Shown: positions 29,601 through 39,534 of the stretch, piece after piece
Numbering within the stretch: the first letter of the stretch is position 1
How the letters are laid out: the number at the start of each line of letters is the position of its first letter
Assembly: GCA_035656415.1 (NCBI GenBank)
Contig: DASRSM010000116.1
Coordinates: forward strand, 1-54,641
DNA from: Vulcanimicrobiaceae bacterium
GTDB taxonomy: Bacteria > Vulcanimicrobiota > Vulcanimicrobiia > Vulcanimicrobiales > Vulcanimicrobiaceae
DNA length: 54,641 nucleotides
Reading direction: 5' to 3'
Made by a program: the position numbers and the translations under genes
The notes under the pieces: generated by a model
What the model saw: only the letters and a program-made list of their open reading frames with translations
Databases searched by the model: none
Told to the model about the DNA's origin: nothing

Positions 29601-29833
29601 TCGACGATACCTCCTTGACTGGATTGATTCGAGCCAAGCTTCCCGACGCCGACGTGAACATCGTCGACCGGACCGGGACGATGGACCATTTCAACGTTAC
29701 GGTCCGCTCGTCGGGATTCAAAGGCAAGACGCTCATCGAACAACACCAACTGGTGTACGGCGCGCTCAAAGCGGCGCTCAAAGACGGCCGCGTTCACGCG
29801 GTCGAACTCAAAACCATCGTAGCGGAGAACTAA
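29597..29833 (+). CDS. BolA-family protein
   Basis: 78 aa. ..HFNVTVRSSGFKGKTLIEQHQLVYGAL.. is typical BolA. Confidence 0.9.
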   Translation: MIDDTSLTGLIRAKLPDADVNIVDRTGTMDHFNVTVRSSGFKGKTLIEQHQLVYGALKAALKDGRVHAVELKTIVAEN

Positions 29834-29835
29834 TC

Positions 29836-30195
29836 ATGTCGGACGTCATCAAAGAAGAAATTGCGCGCGAGATCGAGGCGAACACGATCTTGGTTTACGG
29901 CAAAGGTACCAAGACCGCACCGCGTTGCGGATTCACGCTCGAGACGATCGAGTTTTTCAACCACTTCGGCTACCCGTTCGAAGTCGTCGACGTGCTCGAG
30001 AACCCGCCCAAACGCGACGCGCTCTCGGAACTAACCGACTGGCCGACGTTGCCGAAGGTGTTTATCAAGGGTAAGTTCTACGGCGATACCGACATTCTCG
30101 GACCGATGGCGCAGAACGGCGAGCTGCTAACCGTCCTCAAAGATGCGTTCGACGGCCAAGAACCCGTAGCGAAGCAGACGATCAACCTGCGCTAG
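29836..30195 (+). CDS. grxD: monothiol glutaredoxin (Grx4/GrxD family)
   Basis: 119 aa. Active-site region APRCGFT (a CGFS-type variant), plus ..WPTLPKVFIKGKFYGDTDI.. Confidence 0.9.
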   Translation: MSDVIKEEIAREIEANTILVYGKGTKTAPRCGFTLETIEFFNHFGYPFEVVDVLENPPKRDALSELTDWPTLPKVFIKGKFYGDTDILGPMAQNGELLTVLKDAFDGQEPVAKQTINLR

Positions 30196-31034
30196 TGTTT
30201 ACGACGATCGTTTCGGTTCGCGAGCTGCACGATCGTCTCGGCGATCCGAAGATCGTCGCGATCGATTGCCGGCACTCACTGCAAGATTTGGGTTTGGGCG
30301 AACGGCTTTACGACGAAGGACACCTTCCGGGCGCGTTCTTTGCTGCCGTTGAGGACGATCTCGCGGGATCGAAAACGGGCAGCAACGGCCGCCATCCTTT
30401 ACCCGACCCGGAAGTCTTCGCGCGATTCCTGCGCGGTCTCGGCGTCGACGACGACACGCAGATCGTCGCGTACGATGCCGGCGCCGACATGTTTGCAGCA
30501 CGCTGCTGGTCGCTCGTGCGCTGGATCGGACACGATGCAGTCGCGATTCTCGACGGCGGTTACGCAAGGTGGGTGCAGAGCGGATATCCGGTAACGGCCG
30601 CTCCCGGCGAGCCTCGGCGTGAAGGAAACATTCAAGCGCACGTCAGACCCGAGCTCATCGTCGACGCGGAGCACGTGCATAAGCGCCTCGGTTCCGATGA
30701 GTTGCATCTCGTCGACGCACGCGCCGCCGATCGTTTCGCGGGACAGAACGAAACGATCGATCCCGTAGCGGGGCACATTCCCGGCGCGCGCAATCGCTGG
30801 TTCAAGCAGAACTTCAACGATGACGGTTCGTTGAAGTCGCCGGCCGACTTGATTGCAGAATACTCGTCGGTCGATCCGAAGCGCGTCGTGCACTCGTGCG
30901 GTTCGGGCGTTTCGTCCGCCGTCAACCAGCTTGCAATGCTACATGCGGGCTTAGGGGAAACGCCGATCTACGCCGGCTCGTGGAGCGAATGGATCGCCGA
31001 TCCGTCGCGGCCGATCGCTACCGGCGCCGACTAG
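30195..31034 (+). CDS. sseA: tandem-rhodanese sulfurtransferase (thiosulfate/3-mercaptopyruvate sulfurtransferase)
   Basis: 279 aa with a GTG start sharing 1 nt with the grx stop. Catalytic loop HSCGSGVSS. Two rhodanese halves. Confidence 0.88.
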   Translation: MFTTIVSVRELHDRLGDPKIVAIDCRHSLQDLGLGERLYDEGHLPGAFFAAVEDDLAGSKTGSNGRHPLPDPEVFARFLRGLGVDDDTQIVAYDAGADMFAARCWSLVRWIGHDAVAILDGGYARWVQSGYPVTAAPGEPRREGNIQAHVRPELIVDAEHVHKRLGSDELHLVDARAADRFAGQNETIDPVAGHIPGARNRWFKQNFNDDGSLKSPADLIAEYSSVDPKRVVHSCGSGVSSAVNQLAMLHAGLGETPIYAGSWSEWIADPSRPIATGAD

Positions 31035-31037
31035 CCC

Positions 31038-31496
31038 TTGCGGTACTGGCTTTTCAAAACCGAGCCGAGCGCGTTCTCGTTCGAACAGTTACAAAAGGAT
31101 CGTACGACACCGTGGACCGGGGTGCGCAACTTCCAAGCTCGCAATAACATGATGGAAATGAAGCTCGAAGACCTCGGGCTTTTTTATCATTCCAGCATCG
31201 CCGAACCAGCCGCCGTCGGCGTTTGCCGCGTGGTACGCGAGGCGTATCCCGATTTTACGCAGTTCGAAAAGGGCGGCGACTATTACGACGGACGAGCCAA
31301 GCCGGATAAGCCGATTTGGATGATGGTCGACGTCGAGTTCGTGGAAGCGTTCGTTCACCCGGTAACGCTCGCGCAAATGCGCGAGGATCCGCGCCTGGTG
31401 GGAATGGCGCTGCTCAAGCGCGGCCAGCGCCTTTCGGTGCAGCCGGTCATGCCGCACGAGTGGAAAATCGTGCTCGAGCTGACGGGCGTCAAATGA
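31038..31496 (+). CDS. EVE-domain (PUA-like, THYN1-like) protein
   Basis: 152 aa with a TTG start. ..YWLFKTEPSAFSFEQL...WTGVRNFQARNNMM..LFYHS.. are hallmarks of the EVE domain. Confidence 0.9.
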   Translation: MRYWLFKTEPSAFSFEQLQKDRTTPWTGVRNFQARNNMMEMKLEDLGLFYHSSIAEPAAVGVCRVVREAYPDFTQFEKGGDYYDGRAKPDKPIWMMVDVEFVEAFVHPVTLAQMREDPRLVGMALLKRGQRLSVQPVMPHEWKIVLELTGVK

Positions 31497-32641
31497 AAAA
31501 AACCTGGCAGACGCGTTTGATTCATAGCGACGCTGAAGTACCCGAAGGGTATCGGTCGCTGGTACCGCCCGTATACCGCGGCTCGACGACGGTCTTTCCA
31601 TCTGCGTCGCAAGTCGACGACGATTGGGATCAGCACCGCGCGGGCTATACGTACGGATTGTACGGAACGCCGACGACGTTGGAACTGGCGGCGCGCGTTT
31701 GCGAACTCGAGGGCGGTCAACGCTCGATCGTCGTTCCGGGCGGACAAGCCGCAATCGCGCTGATTTCGTTCGCGCTGCTCGATGCCGGCACCCACATGCT
31801 GATGCCCACGAGCGCGTATTCGCCGAATCGCAAGCTGGCGGCTAAACTGCTCGCGCGTTTCGGCGTGGAAACGACATTTTACGATCCGCTGCTTGGGAGC
31901 GGTATCGGCGACCTCATCCGCGAGAACACGCGGTTGATCTGGGTGGAGAGCCCGGGATCGATCACGATGGAAGTGCAGGACGTTCCCGCGATCGTCGCCG
32001 CGGCACATGCGCGCGGCGTGCTCGTTGCGCTGGATAACACGTGGTCGGCCGGGGTGTATCTGGACGCATTTGCACGCGGCGTCGACGTGACGATGCAGGC
32101 GCTGACGAAGTACGTCGGCGGCCACAGCGATTTATTGCTCGGAACGGTGACCGTTCGCGACGCGAACGTCTACGAACGGCTCGGTGGCGCGCACCAAGTG
32201 CTTGGATACAACGCGTCGCCCGACGATTGCAGTCTCGCCCTGCGGGGACTGCAGACGCTCGGAGTGCGGCTTTCGGCGATCGAGCGTTCGGCGTTGGAGA
32301 TCGCGCAATGGCTCGCGCGTCGGCCCGAGGTCGAGCGCGTGCTGCATCCGGCGCTGCCGTCGTGTCCGGGTCACGAGTTTTGGAAGCGCGACTTCACCGG
32401 TTCGTCCGGCGTCTTCTCCATCGTCTTCAAACCCGGTCCGTCGCAAGAGCAGGTCTTCGCCTTCGTCGACGCGCTCGAGCTGTTCGAAGTCGGCTACAGC
32501 TGGGCGGGCGTCACGAGTCTCGCGGTTTCGTACACGATTCGTCCCTACGAGCACCGTATCGTCCGCTTCTCCGTCGGTCTGGAGTCCACAGCGGATCTCA
32601 TCGCCGATCTGGAACGCGCGCTGCCGATACTGTCTAAGTAA
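31493..32641 (+). CDS. metC: cystathionine beta-lyase (Cys/Met-metabolism PLP enzyme)
   Basis: Track ORF from 31316. ATG 31493 (MKKTWQTRLIHSD..) overlaps the EVE stop (ATGA). PLP-lysine motif ALTKYVGGHSD. Confidence 0.85.
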   Translation: MKKTWQTRLIHSDAEVPEGYRSLVPPVYRGSTTVFPSASQVDDDWDQHRAGYTYGLYGTPTTLELAARVCELEGGQRSIVVPGGQAAIALISFALLDAGTHMLMPTSAYSPNRKLAAKLLARFGVETTFYDPLLGSGIGDLIRENTRLIWVESPGSITMEVQDVPAIVAAAHARGVLVALDNTWSAGVYLDAFARGVDVTMQALTKYVGGHSDLLLGTVTVRDANVYERLGGAHQVLGYNASPDDCSLALRGLQTLGVRLSAIERSALEIAQWLARRPEVERVLHPALPSCPGHEFWKRDFTGSSGVFSIVFKPGPSQEQVFAFVDALELFEVGYSWAGVTSLAVSYTIRPYEHRIVRFSVGLESTADLIADLERALPILSK

Positions 32642-35109
32642 TGGACGTTGCCGAGGATATTTTAGCGCGCTACGGTTGTGACGGGGTGGCGTTTTCGGGT
32701 TCGCCCGACGCCCTATACGAGCGTCACCTTCTTTTCGATAACGCCATCGATCCGGCGGTTACGGACGCGCGCGAACGCTTCGAAGCGCTGGCGCGATCGG
32801 TTCGCGACGTGTTGTCGCAGCGCTGGGTCGCCACCAAACGCTGCTACGAGCGCGATAACGTCAAACGCGTGTACTACCTCTCGATGGAATTTCTCATCGG
32901 ACGATCGCTGGCCAACAACGTTACGAATTTGCTGCTCGATCCAATCGTCGCATACGCGGTTGAACATCACGACGTCGATTGGGTGACGTTGCTCGATCAG
33001 GAACCCGACGCCGGACTCGGCAACGGCGGTCTCGGCCGTTTGGCGGCGTGTTTTCTCGACTCGATGGCAACGATGCAGCTTCCCGCGATGGGGTGCGGAC
33101 TGCGTTACGAGTTCGGCATGTTCAAGCAGTCGATCGTCGACGGCTGGCAGCACGAAGAGCCGGACCACTGGCTGCAAGAGAACGATCCGTGGGAAATCAA
33201 GCGGCTCGATCAAGCGGTCGAAGTGCGATTCAACTGCACCTTCGAACTGCTCGACGGAACGCTGCGCGCCGAAAAAGGCCATCCGTCGTCGCTCCTCGGC
33301 ATTCCCTACGACCGACCTATCGTGGGGTATGAGGGAAAAACGATCAACACGCTGCGGCTGTGGCAGGCCGCTGCGACGAACTACTTCGACTTCAAGGAGT
33401 TCAGCGAAGGCGATTTCGTCAGCGCCATGGTTCACACGCTCACGGCCGAGTCGCTGACGCGCGTTCTCTATCCCGACGATTCCACGACGCAAGGGCGCGC
33501 GTTGCGCTTCATTCAGGAATACTTCCTGGTCGCGTGTTCGCTGGGAGATGCCGTCCGGCGTTTCCGGCGATTGGGAAACGACTGGCACGCGTTACCCGAC
33601 AAAGTCGCGGTTCAGCTCAACGACACGCATCCGTCGATCGCCGTCGCCGAGCTCATGCGCATCTTGCTCGACGAAGGGCGCTTGGGCTGGGATGAAGCGT
33701 GGGATCTCACGGTTCGCACGCTGGCGTATACCAACCACACGCTCTTGCCGGAAGCGCTCGAAAAGTGGCCCGTCGAGTGGTTCGAAACGCTGATCCCGCG
33801 CCATCTCGAAATCATCCACGAGATCGATCGCCACTTGGCCGAACGCGTGCTCGAACGGTTTCCGGGTGACGATGCTAAGGTCGAACGTACTAGCCTTTTC
33901 GAAATGGAGCCGGTACCGCAGGTGCGTATGGCGCACTTGGCGATCGTCGGTTCCCACAGTACCAACGGGGTCGCGAAGATCCACTCCGAGCTGCTGCGTA
34001 CGACGACGGTCAAGGATCTCGCAGACGTCTTTCCGGACCGTTTTAACAACAAGACCAACGGCATTACGCCGCGCCGCTGGCTGCTGATGGCCAACCCCAC
34101 GCTCGCGTCGACGATCACCGAAGCCATCGGCAGCGATTGGGTCGAGAATCTCGACGCGCTCGACCGGCTGAAGCCGCTCGCGGACGATCGCTCGATGCGC
34201 GACGCCTTCCGGCACGCCAAGCACCAAGCCAAAGCGCAATTTACGAACTGGCTCGCGGCGAACGCGGGTATCGTGGTCGATCCACAGACCATCTTCGACT
34301 GCCAGATCAAACGCATTCACGAATACAAGCGCCAACTGCTCAACGTCTTGCGCATCGTTTCGCGTTACCAGCAGTTGCGCGACAATCCAAACCTCCCAGT
34401 ACATCCGCGCACGTTCTTTTTCGCCGGGAAAGCCGCACCGGCGTACGCTTTCGCCAAGCTGGTCATCAAGCTCATCAACAACGTCGCAAGCGTCATCGAC
34501 AACGATCCGGCGATGCGCGGCAAGTTGAAAATCGTCTTCTTACCGGAGTACAACGTCAGCTTGGCGGAACGCCTAATTCCGGCCGCGGACATTTCGAACC
34601 AAATCTCGACGGCCGGTTTCGAGGCCAGCGGCACGAGCAACATGAAGTTCATGATGAACGGCGCGCTGACCGTCGGGACGCGCGATGGCGCGACGATCGA
34701 GATGGCCGAGGCCGCGGGTGAGGAGAACTTCTTCCTCTTTGGCCTGTCGGCGCAGGAAGTGCGCGACAGCCGGACGTGGTACGACCCGCACCGGTACTAC
34801 GAAAACGAGCCGCCCGTGCGCGCGGCGCTCGACGCGATTTTCAATGGTGAATTCAGCCGCAACGAGCCCGACGTCTTTGAGCCGCTGCGCGCGGCGCTGC
34901 TCGACGGCGGCGACTACTACCGGCATCTCGCAGACCTCTTGCCGTACGTCAACGCACAGCACGCTGCCGGCGATTTGTATTTCGCTCGTCCCGACGATTG
35001 GGCGCGCTGCGCGCTGCTCAACATCGCATCGTCGGGACGATTCTCGAGCGACCGGACGATCGCCGAGTACGCGCGCGAAATCTGGAATCTCGCGCCGGTG
35101 CCGGTCTAG
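32641..35109 (+). CDS. glgP: glycogen/maltodextrin phosphorylase (GT35)
   Basis: 822 aa. PLP site EASGTSNMKFMMNGALTVGTRDGATIE. Full-length phosphorylase similarity. Confidence 0.95.
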   Translation: MDVAEDILARYGCDGVAFSGSPDALYERHLLFDNAIDPAVTDARERFEALARSVRDVLSQRWVATKRCYERDNVKRVYYLSMEFLIGRSLANNVTNLLLDPIVAYAVEHHDVDWVTLLDQEPDAGLGNGGLGRLAACFLDSMATMQLPAMGCGLRYEFGMFKQSIVDGWQHEEPDHWLQENDPWEIKRLDQAVEVRFNCTFELLDGTLRAEKGHPSSLLGIPYDRPIVGYEGKTINTLRLWQAAATNYFDFKEFSEGDFVSAMVHTLTAESLTRVLYPDDSTTQGRALRFIQEYFLVACSLGDAVRRFRRLGNDWHALPDKVAVQLNDTHPSIAVAELMRILLDEGRLGWDEAWDLTVRTLAYTNHTLLPEALEKWPVEWFETLIPRHLEIIHEIDRHLAERVLERFPGDDAKVERTSLFEMEPVPQVRMAHLAIVGSHSTNGVAKIHSELLRTTTVKDLADVFPDRFNNKTNGITPRRWLLMANPTLASTITEAIGSDWVENLDALDRLKPLADDRSMRDAFRHAKHQAKAQFTNWLAANAGIVVDPQTIFDCQIKRIHEYKRQLLNVLRIVSRYQQLRDNPNLPVHPRTFFFAGKAAPAYAFAKLVIKLINNVASVIDNDPAMRGKLKIVFLPEYNVSLAERLIPAADISNQISTAGFEASGTSNMKFMMNGALTVGTRDGATIEMAEAAGEENFFLFGLSAQEVRDSRTWYDPHRYYENEPPVRAALDAIFNGEFSRNEPDVFEPLRAALLDGGDYYRHLADLLPYVNAQHAAGDLYFARPDDWARCALLNIASSGRFSSDRTIAEYAREIWNLAPVPV

Positions 35110-37223
35110 AGCGATTGCGCCTGCGTTAAGAAGACGCGCTGCGCGTCGATCGGCATCTCACCCGCACCCGGCATCAATCGCTTGTAGCTGCCGTTCTCCA
35201 GAAGCTCGCGGCTCTTGACGTTGTCGGCGAATAACACCGAAAGAATCTGCGTGCTGATCGTTTCGGAAATTACGGGATCGAGTACGGGGGTTGCGATCTC
35301 GACACGGCCGTCGAGGTTACGCGCCATCCAGTCGGCGCTCGCGATGTAGACTTCGCGATCGCCGCCGTTTTCGAAGCCGTAGATGCGCGAGTGCTCGAGG
35401 AAGCGGCCGACGATGCTGCGCACGCGAATGCGCTCGCTGACGCCGGGAACTCCCGGCCGCAGCTCGCACATACCGCGCACCAGCATGTCGATCTGAACGC
35501 CGGCTTGCGAAGCGCGGTACAGCGCGCGAATGACTTCCGGATCGCTAATGTGGTTGAGCTTCACGCGAATGCCCGACGCACGTCCGGCGCGCGCGTGTTC
35601 GGTTTCCCGCTCGATGAGCGAGGTCAGCTCGCGCCGCAGCGTTACCGGGGCCACCCACAGATCCTCGTAATCGGTGACTTTCGAGAAGCCCGTCAAGGCG
35701 TTGAAGAGCTGAGTAACGTCGCCGCCCAGCTCCGGGCGGCACGTCAACAGGCTCAAATCGGTGTAGAGGCGCGCCGACTTTTCGTTATAGTTGCCGGTAC
35801 CGAAGTGCATGTACCGCCGCAACCCGTCGTCGTCTTCGCGTACGACGAGCAACGACTTGGCGTGAACTTTGCGATTGGCAAATCCGTACACGACGTGCGC
35901 GCCGGCGCGCTCCAAGCGCTTGGCCCACTCGATGTTGTTCTCTTCGTCGAACCGGGCCTTGAGCTCGATCACGACGGCAACTTGCTTCTCGTTTTCGGCG
36001 GCGGTCAGCAGCGCGCGTACGATCGGCGACTTCTTGCCGGACGTTCGGTACAGCGTCGCCTTGATCGCGAGCACCTTTTCGTCGACCGCGGCTTGCTGAA
36101 GAAACTGCACGACCGGATCGAACGACTCGTACGGATGCTGCAACAAAATGTCGCCTTCGCGAATCGCTGCGAACATGTCGGTGACGCCGAGCAAGCGCTT
36201 CGGAATCGCCGGCATGAACGGCTTGTCGCGCAACTGTTCGTAGTCCGGTAAGCCGACGAGCTGCCAGAGATCGTTGAGCGCCATGAGGCCGTCGATTTCG
36301 TAGGTGTCCAGCTGCGAAAGGTCGAGCGATTCGCAAAGTAAATCACGCATGTACTCGGGCATGCCGCGCTCGACTTCCAAGCGAACCGGCTCGCCGAAGC
36401 GGCGGCGGCGCAACTCCGATTCGATCGCGCGCAGCAAGTCGTCGGCTTCGTCCTCTTGCAGATCGAGGTCGGCGTCGCGCGTGACGCGGAAGAGGTACGC
36501 GTCGCGCACGTGCATCCCGGGAAACAGCCCATCGAGATGGTGCGCGATCAGATCTTCGAGAACGACGAAGTGGCGCTCGCCCGGCGGCGCCGACTCGATT
36601 GCAACGAAGCGCGGCAGCGTCGGCGGAATCTTGACGCGCGCGAAGTGCAGATCGACACCGTCGCGGGTCGTTTCTTCGAGCTCGACCGCGAGCGATAGCG
36701 ACAAATTGGAAATGTACGGAAACGGATGGCCGCTGTCGACCGCAAGCGGCGTCAGCACCGGAAAGACCGTTTCGTCGAAAATCTTTTCGAGCGCGACCTG
36801 CGTTTCGTCGTCGAGCTCCGAGATGCGGCGAATCCGCACCCCTTCGGTCTCGAGGGCGGGCAACAGCTCGTCGTTGAGCAGCCGCATCTGCGTGAGCAGC
36901 GAAGCGCGCAGCCGCTCCGAAATTTCGGCCAAGTGCTCGACCGGCAAGCGGCCGTCGTCGGAACGACGGACGACTTGCGCTTCGATTTGCTGCTTGATCG
37001 CGGCAACGCGAATCATGAAGAACTCGTCGAGATTCGTTCCGTAGATCGCGACGAATTTTAAACGCTCGAAGAGCGCGTTGCGGTTGTCGAGCGCCTCTTC
37101 GAGCACGCGATCGTTGAACTCCAGCCACGACAACTCGCGGCTGATGTAGAGCGACGGATCGTCGAGAGAGATCGTGGGCACGACCGATTCAGGCCGATCA
37201 TCCGGTTTGGCGATCATACTCAT
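35106..37223 (-). CDS. ppk: polyphosphate kinase 1
   Basis: 705 aa, typical PPK1 throughout (..YISRELSWLEFNDRVLEEA.., two PLD-like C-terminal domains). The 3' end overlaps glgP by 4 nt. Confidence 0.95.
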   Translation of the reverse strand: MSMIAKPDDRPESVVPTISLDDPSLYISRELSWLEFNDRVLEEALDNRNALFERLKFVAIYGTNLDEFFMIRVAAIKQQIEAQVVRRSDDGRLPVEHLAEISERLRASLLTQMRLLNDELLPALETEGVRIRRISELDDETQVALEKIFDETVFPVLTPLAVDSGHPFPYISNLSLSLAVELEETTRDGVDLHFARVKIPPTLPRFVAIESAPPGERHFVVLEDLIAHHLDGLFPGMHVRDAYLFRVTRDADLDLQEDEADDLLRAIESELRRRRFGEPVRLEVERGMPEYMRDLLCESLDLSQLDTYEIDGLMALNDLWQLVGLPDYEQLRDKPFMPAIPKRLLGVTDMFAAIREGDILLQHPYESFDPVVQFLQQAAVDEKVLAIKATLYRTSGKKSPIVRALLTAAENEKQVAVVIELKARFDEENNIEWAKRLERAGAHVVYGFANRKVHAKSLLVVREDDDGLRRYMHFGTGNYNEKSARLYTDLSLLTCRPELGGDVTQLFNALTGFSKVTDYEDLWVAPVTLRRELTSLIERETEHARAGRASGIRVKLNHISDPEVIRALYRASQAGVQIDMLVRGMCELRPGVPGVSERIRVRSIVGRFLEHSRIYGFENGGDREVYIASADWMARNLDGRVEIATPVLDPVISETISTQILSVLFADNVKSRELLENGSYKRLMPGAGEMPIDAQRVFLTQAQSL

Positions 37224-37268
37224 ACGTCACCGTAGGGTTCGCTTCCAAAGGGCAAAACACTACGCCCT

Positions 37269-37868
37269 ATGTGGCCGGACTTGGCAGCCCACGCCCTCGC
37301 GCACCTCGGACTAGCGGGTTCCGCTATGCTCGTGGCTCTGGCGATCGGTCTTCCGGCGGGTGCCTTTGCCGGGATCTTTGGCCCCGTTCGCAACGTCGCG
37401 CTCGCCCTTGCGAGCGTCGGCCGTACGCTTCCGAGCTTAGCCGTACTGATGCTGCTGCTGCCGCTCTTGGGCGTTGGGGCAACGCCGGCAATCGTGGCCC
37501 TGGCGCTGCTGGCAATCCCGCCGATCGTCATCGCGGTCGACCTGGGCATCCGCGGGGTTCCGGCCGGCGTGCTCGACGCGGCGGCGGGCATGGGAATGAC
37601 TGCAACCGGCCGCTTCTTCCGCGTAATCGCGCCGCTAGCGCTGCCCGTATCGTTTTCGGGCGTGCGCACGGCCGCCATCGAAACGATTGCGAGCGCCACG
37701 CTCGCGACGTTCATCGGTGCGGGAGGCCTCGGCGACGACATCGTCCGCGGATTACAGACGAACGATCCTACGATACTGCTTGCAGGCGCCGCCACGGTCG
37801 CGCTGTTAGCGCTAGCCGTCGAGCTTGCGTTGGGCACGGTCGCTCGAAGGCTGGAGGCCCGCACGTGA
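37269..37868 (+). CDS. ABC permease, glycine betaine/choline (Opu) type
   Basis: 199 aa. OpuCB/OpuBB-like BPD_transp_1 sequence. Confidence 0.88.
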   Translation: MWPDLAAHALAHLGLAGSAMLVALAIGLPAGAFAGIFGPVRNVALALASVGRTLPSLAVLMLLLPLLGVGATPAIVALALLAIPPIVIAVDLGIRGVPAGVLDAAAGMGMTATGRFFRVIAPLALPVSFSGVRTAAIETIASATLATFIGAGGLGDDIVRGLQTNDPTILLAGAATVALLALAVELALGTVARRLEART

Positions 37869-38746
37869 ACGTTACGCGTAAGCACGTCCTCGCGGCGCTG
37901 GCGTCGCTTCCGGCGTTGACGCGCTGCGCGGGGTTGAGCCCGTCGATCCGCGTCGGATCGAAGAACTTTACCGAATCGTTCGTCATCGCCGAGATCTACG
38001 CGCAGGCGCTCGAAAAGGCCGGCTTTACCGTCATGCGCCGCTTCAACCTCGGCTCGACGCAAATCGCACTCGCCGCGATGCAGCGTGGCGACATCGATCT
38101 GTATCCCGAGTACACCGGAACCGCGCTCATCGACGTACTGCATTTGGCTCCGATGCAAAATCCGCACGCTCTGTACTCGACCGTGTCGCGCGAGTTCGCC
38201 AAGCGCTACGATTTCGTTTGGCTCAAGCCGTCGCCGATGAACGATTCGCAAGCGCTGGCGACGACGAAGCAGATCGCCGCGCGCGAAAAGATCGAAACGC
38301 TTTCCGATCTCGCGCCCAAGGCGTCGTCGCTTCGATTGGCCACGATTCAAGAGTTTCTCGCGCGCGCCGACGGACTACCCGGCCTGCAGCGCGTCTACGG
38401 CGGTTTCCATTTCGCCGACGTGCGCACGTACGACATCGCATTGAAGTATAACGCCTTGCTCGGCGGTAAAGCCGACGTTGCCAGCGCGTTCACAACCGAT
38501 GGAGCGATCGCGACGGACGATCTCGTGATCCTGCGCGACGATCGGCATCTGTGGCCGCCGTATAACGTCGCACCCGTCGTGCGTCGGCAGACGCTGGGGA
38601 GCCATGCCAACATCGCGATCGTGCTCGACGGCGTGTCGCCGCGAATTACCGATATCGCGGCGCAGCGCATGAACGCCGCGGTGGAATCGGCGCACAAAGA
38701 CCCGGCCGACGTCGCATCGGCGTTTCTCGCCGGAAAGCCGTTTTGA
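37865..38746 (+). CDS. osmoprotectant (glycine betaine/choline) ABC substrate-binding protein, OsmF/YehZ/OpuCC type
   Basis: Track ORF from 37271. GTG 37865 overlaps the permease stop (GTGA). Signal ..LASLPALTRCAG. ..GSKNFTESFVIAEIYAQALEKAGF.. is typical of this SBP family. Confidence 0.85.
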   Translation: MNVTRKHVLAALASLPALTRCAGLSPSIRVGSKNFTESFVIAEIYAQALEKAGFTVMRRFNLGSTQIALAAMQRGDIDLYPEYTGTALIDVLHLAPMQNPHALYSTVSREFAKRYDFVWLKPSPMNDSQALATTKQIAAREKIETLSDLAPKASSLRLATIQEFLARADGLPGLQRVYGGFHFADVRTYDIALKYNALLGGKADVASAFTTDGAIATDDLVILRDDRHLWPPYNVAPVVRRQTLGSHANIAIVLDGVSPRITDIAAQRMNAAVESAHKDPADVASAFLAGKPF

Positions 38747-39534
38747 GCGAACCCGCGATCCGTTTCGCGAACGCGACCGTGCGCTACGCCGGAGCGGACC
38801 GCGACGCGATCGACGATATTACGTTCGACGTCATGCCGGGCGAGCTGGTCGTCCTTCTCGGCCCTTCGGGCTGCGGGAAGTCGACTCTGCTTCGTACGGT
38901 CAATCGTCTCGTTCCACTCGACGGAGGCAAGGTCGAGTTTTTCGGAAGCAACGTTGCCGAAATCGACCCGGTCGAACTGCGCCGCAACATCGGCTACGCG
39001 ATTCAGGCGGTCGGATTATTCGGTCACATGACCGTCGCCGCCAACATCGGCGTGGTTCCCTCGTTGCTGGGTTGGAAAGGCGACGATATCGACGCGCGCG
39101 TCGACGAGCTTCTTACGATGGTGGATCTGGATCCCGCACGTTACCGTAACCGGAAACCGCGCGAGCTTTCGGGCGGCGAGGCGCAACGCGTCGGCGTGGC
39201 GCGCGCGCTCGCCGCTCGGCCGCGCGCGCTGCTGATGGACGAACCGTTCGGCGCGGTCGACGCGTTGGTTCGCGCGGAGCTGCAGCGCGAGCTGCTGCGC
39301 ATCGTACGCGAGCTCCGGACGACGACGCTTTTCGTCACGCACGACGTCGAAGAAGCACTGCTGCTCGCCGACAAGATCGTCGCGATGCAGTCGGGTCGCG
39401 TCGAGCAGATCGGCGAGCCTTCCGCGCTTCTGGATCGCCCCGAGAGCGACTACGTTCGCACGCTGTTTCACGCCGGCGACGCGCTGTATCGTGAGTATTT
39501 TCTGCACGTGCGTGCCGAGATGCGCGAGCGGTGA
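38743..39534 (+). CDS. ABC transporter ATP-binding protein (Opu type, no CBS tail)
   Basis: 263 aa. TTG start overlaps the SBP stop (TTGA). Walker A GPSGCGKST, signature LSGGEAQR, Walker B LLMDEP. Confidence 0.9.
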   Translation: MSEPAIRFANATVRYAGADRDAIDDITFDVMPGELVVLLGPSGCGKSTLLRTVNRLVPLDGGKVEFFGSNVAEIDPVELRRNIGYAIQAVGLFGHMTVAANIGVVPSLLGWKGDDIDARVDELLTMVDLDPARYRNRKPRELSGGEAQRVGVARALAARPRALLMDEPFGAVDALVRAELQRELLRIVRELRTTTLFVTHDVEEALLLADKIVAMQSGRVEQIGEPSALLDRPESDYVRTLFHAGDALYREYFLHVRAEMRER

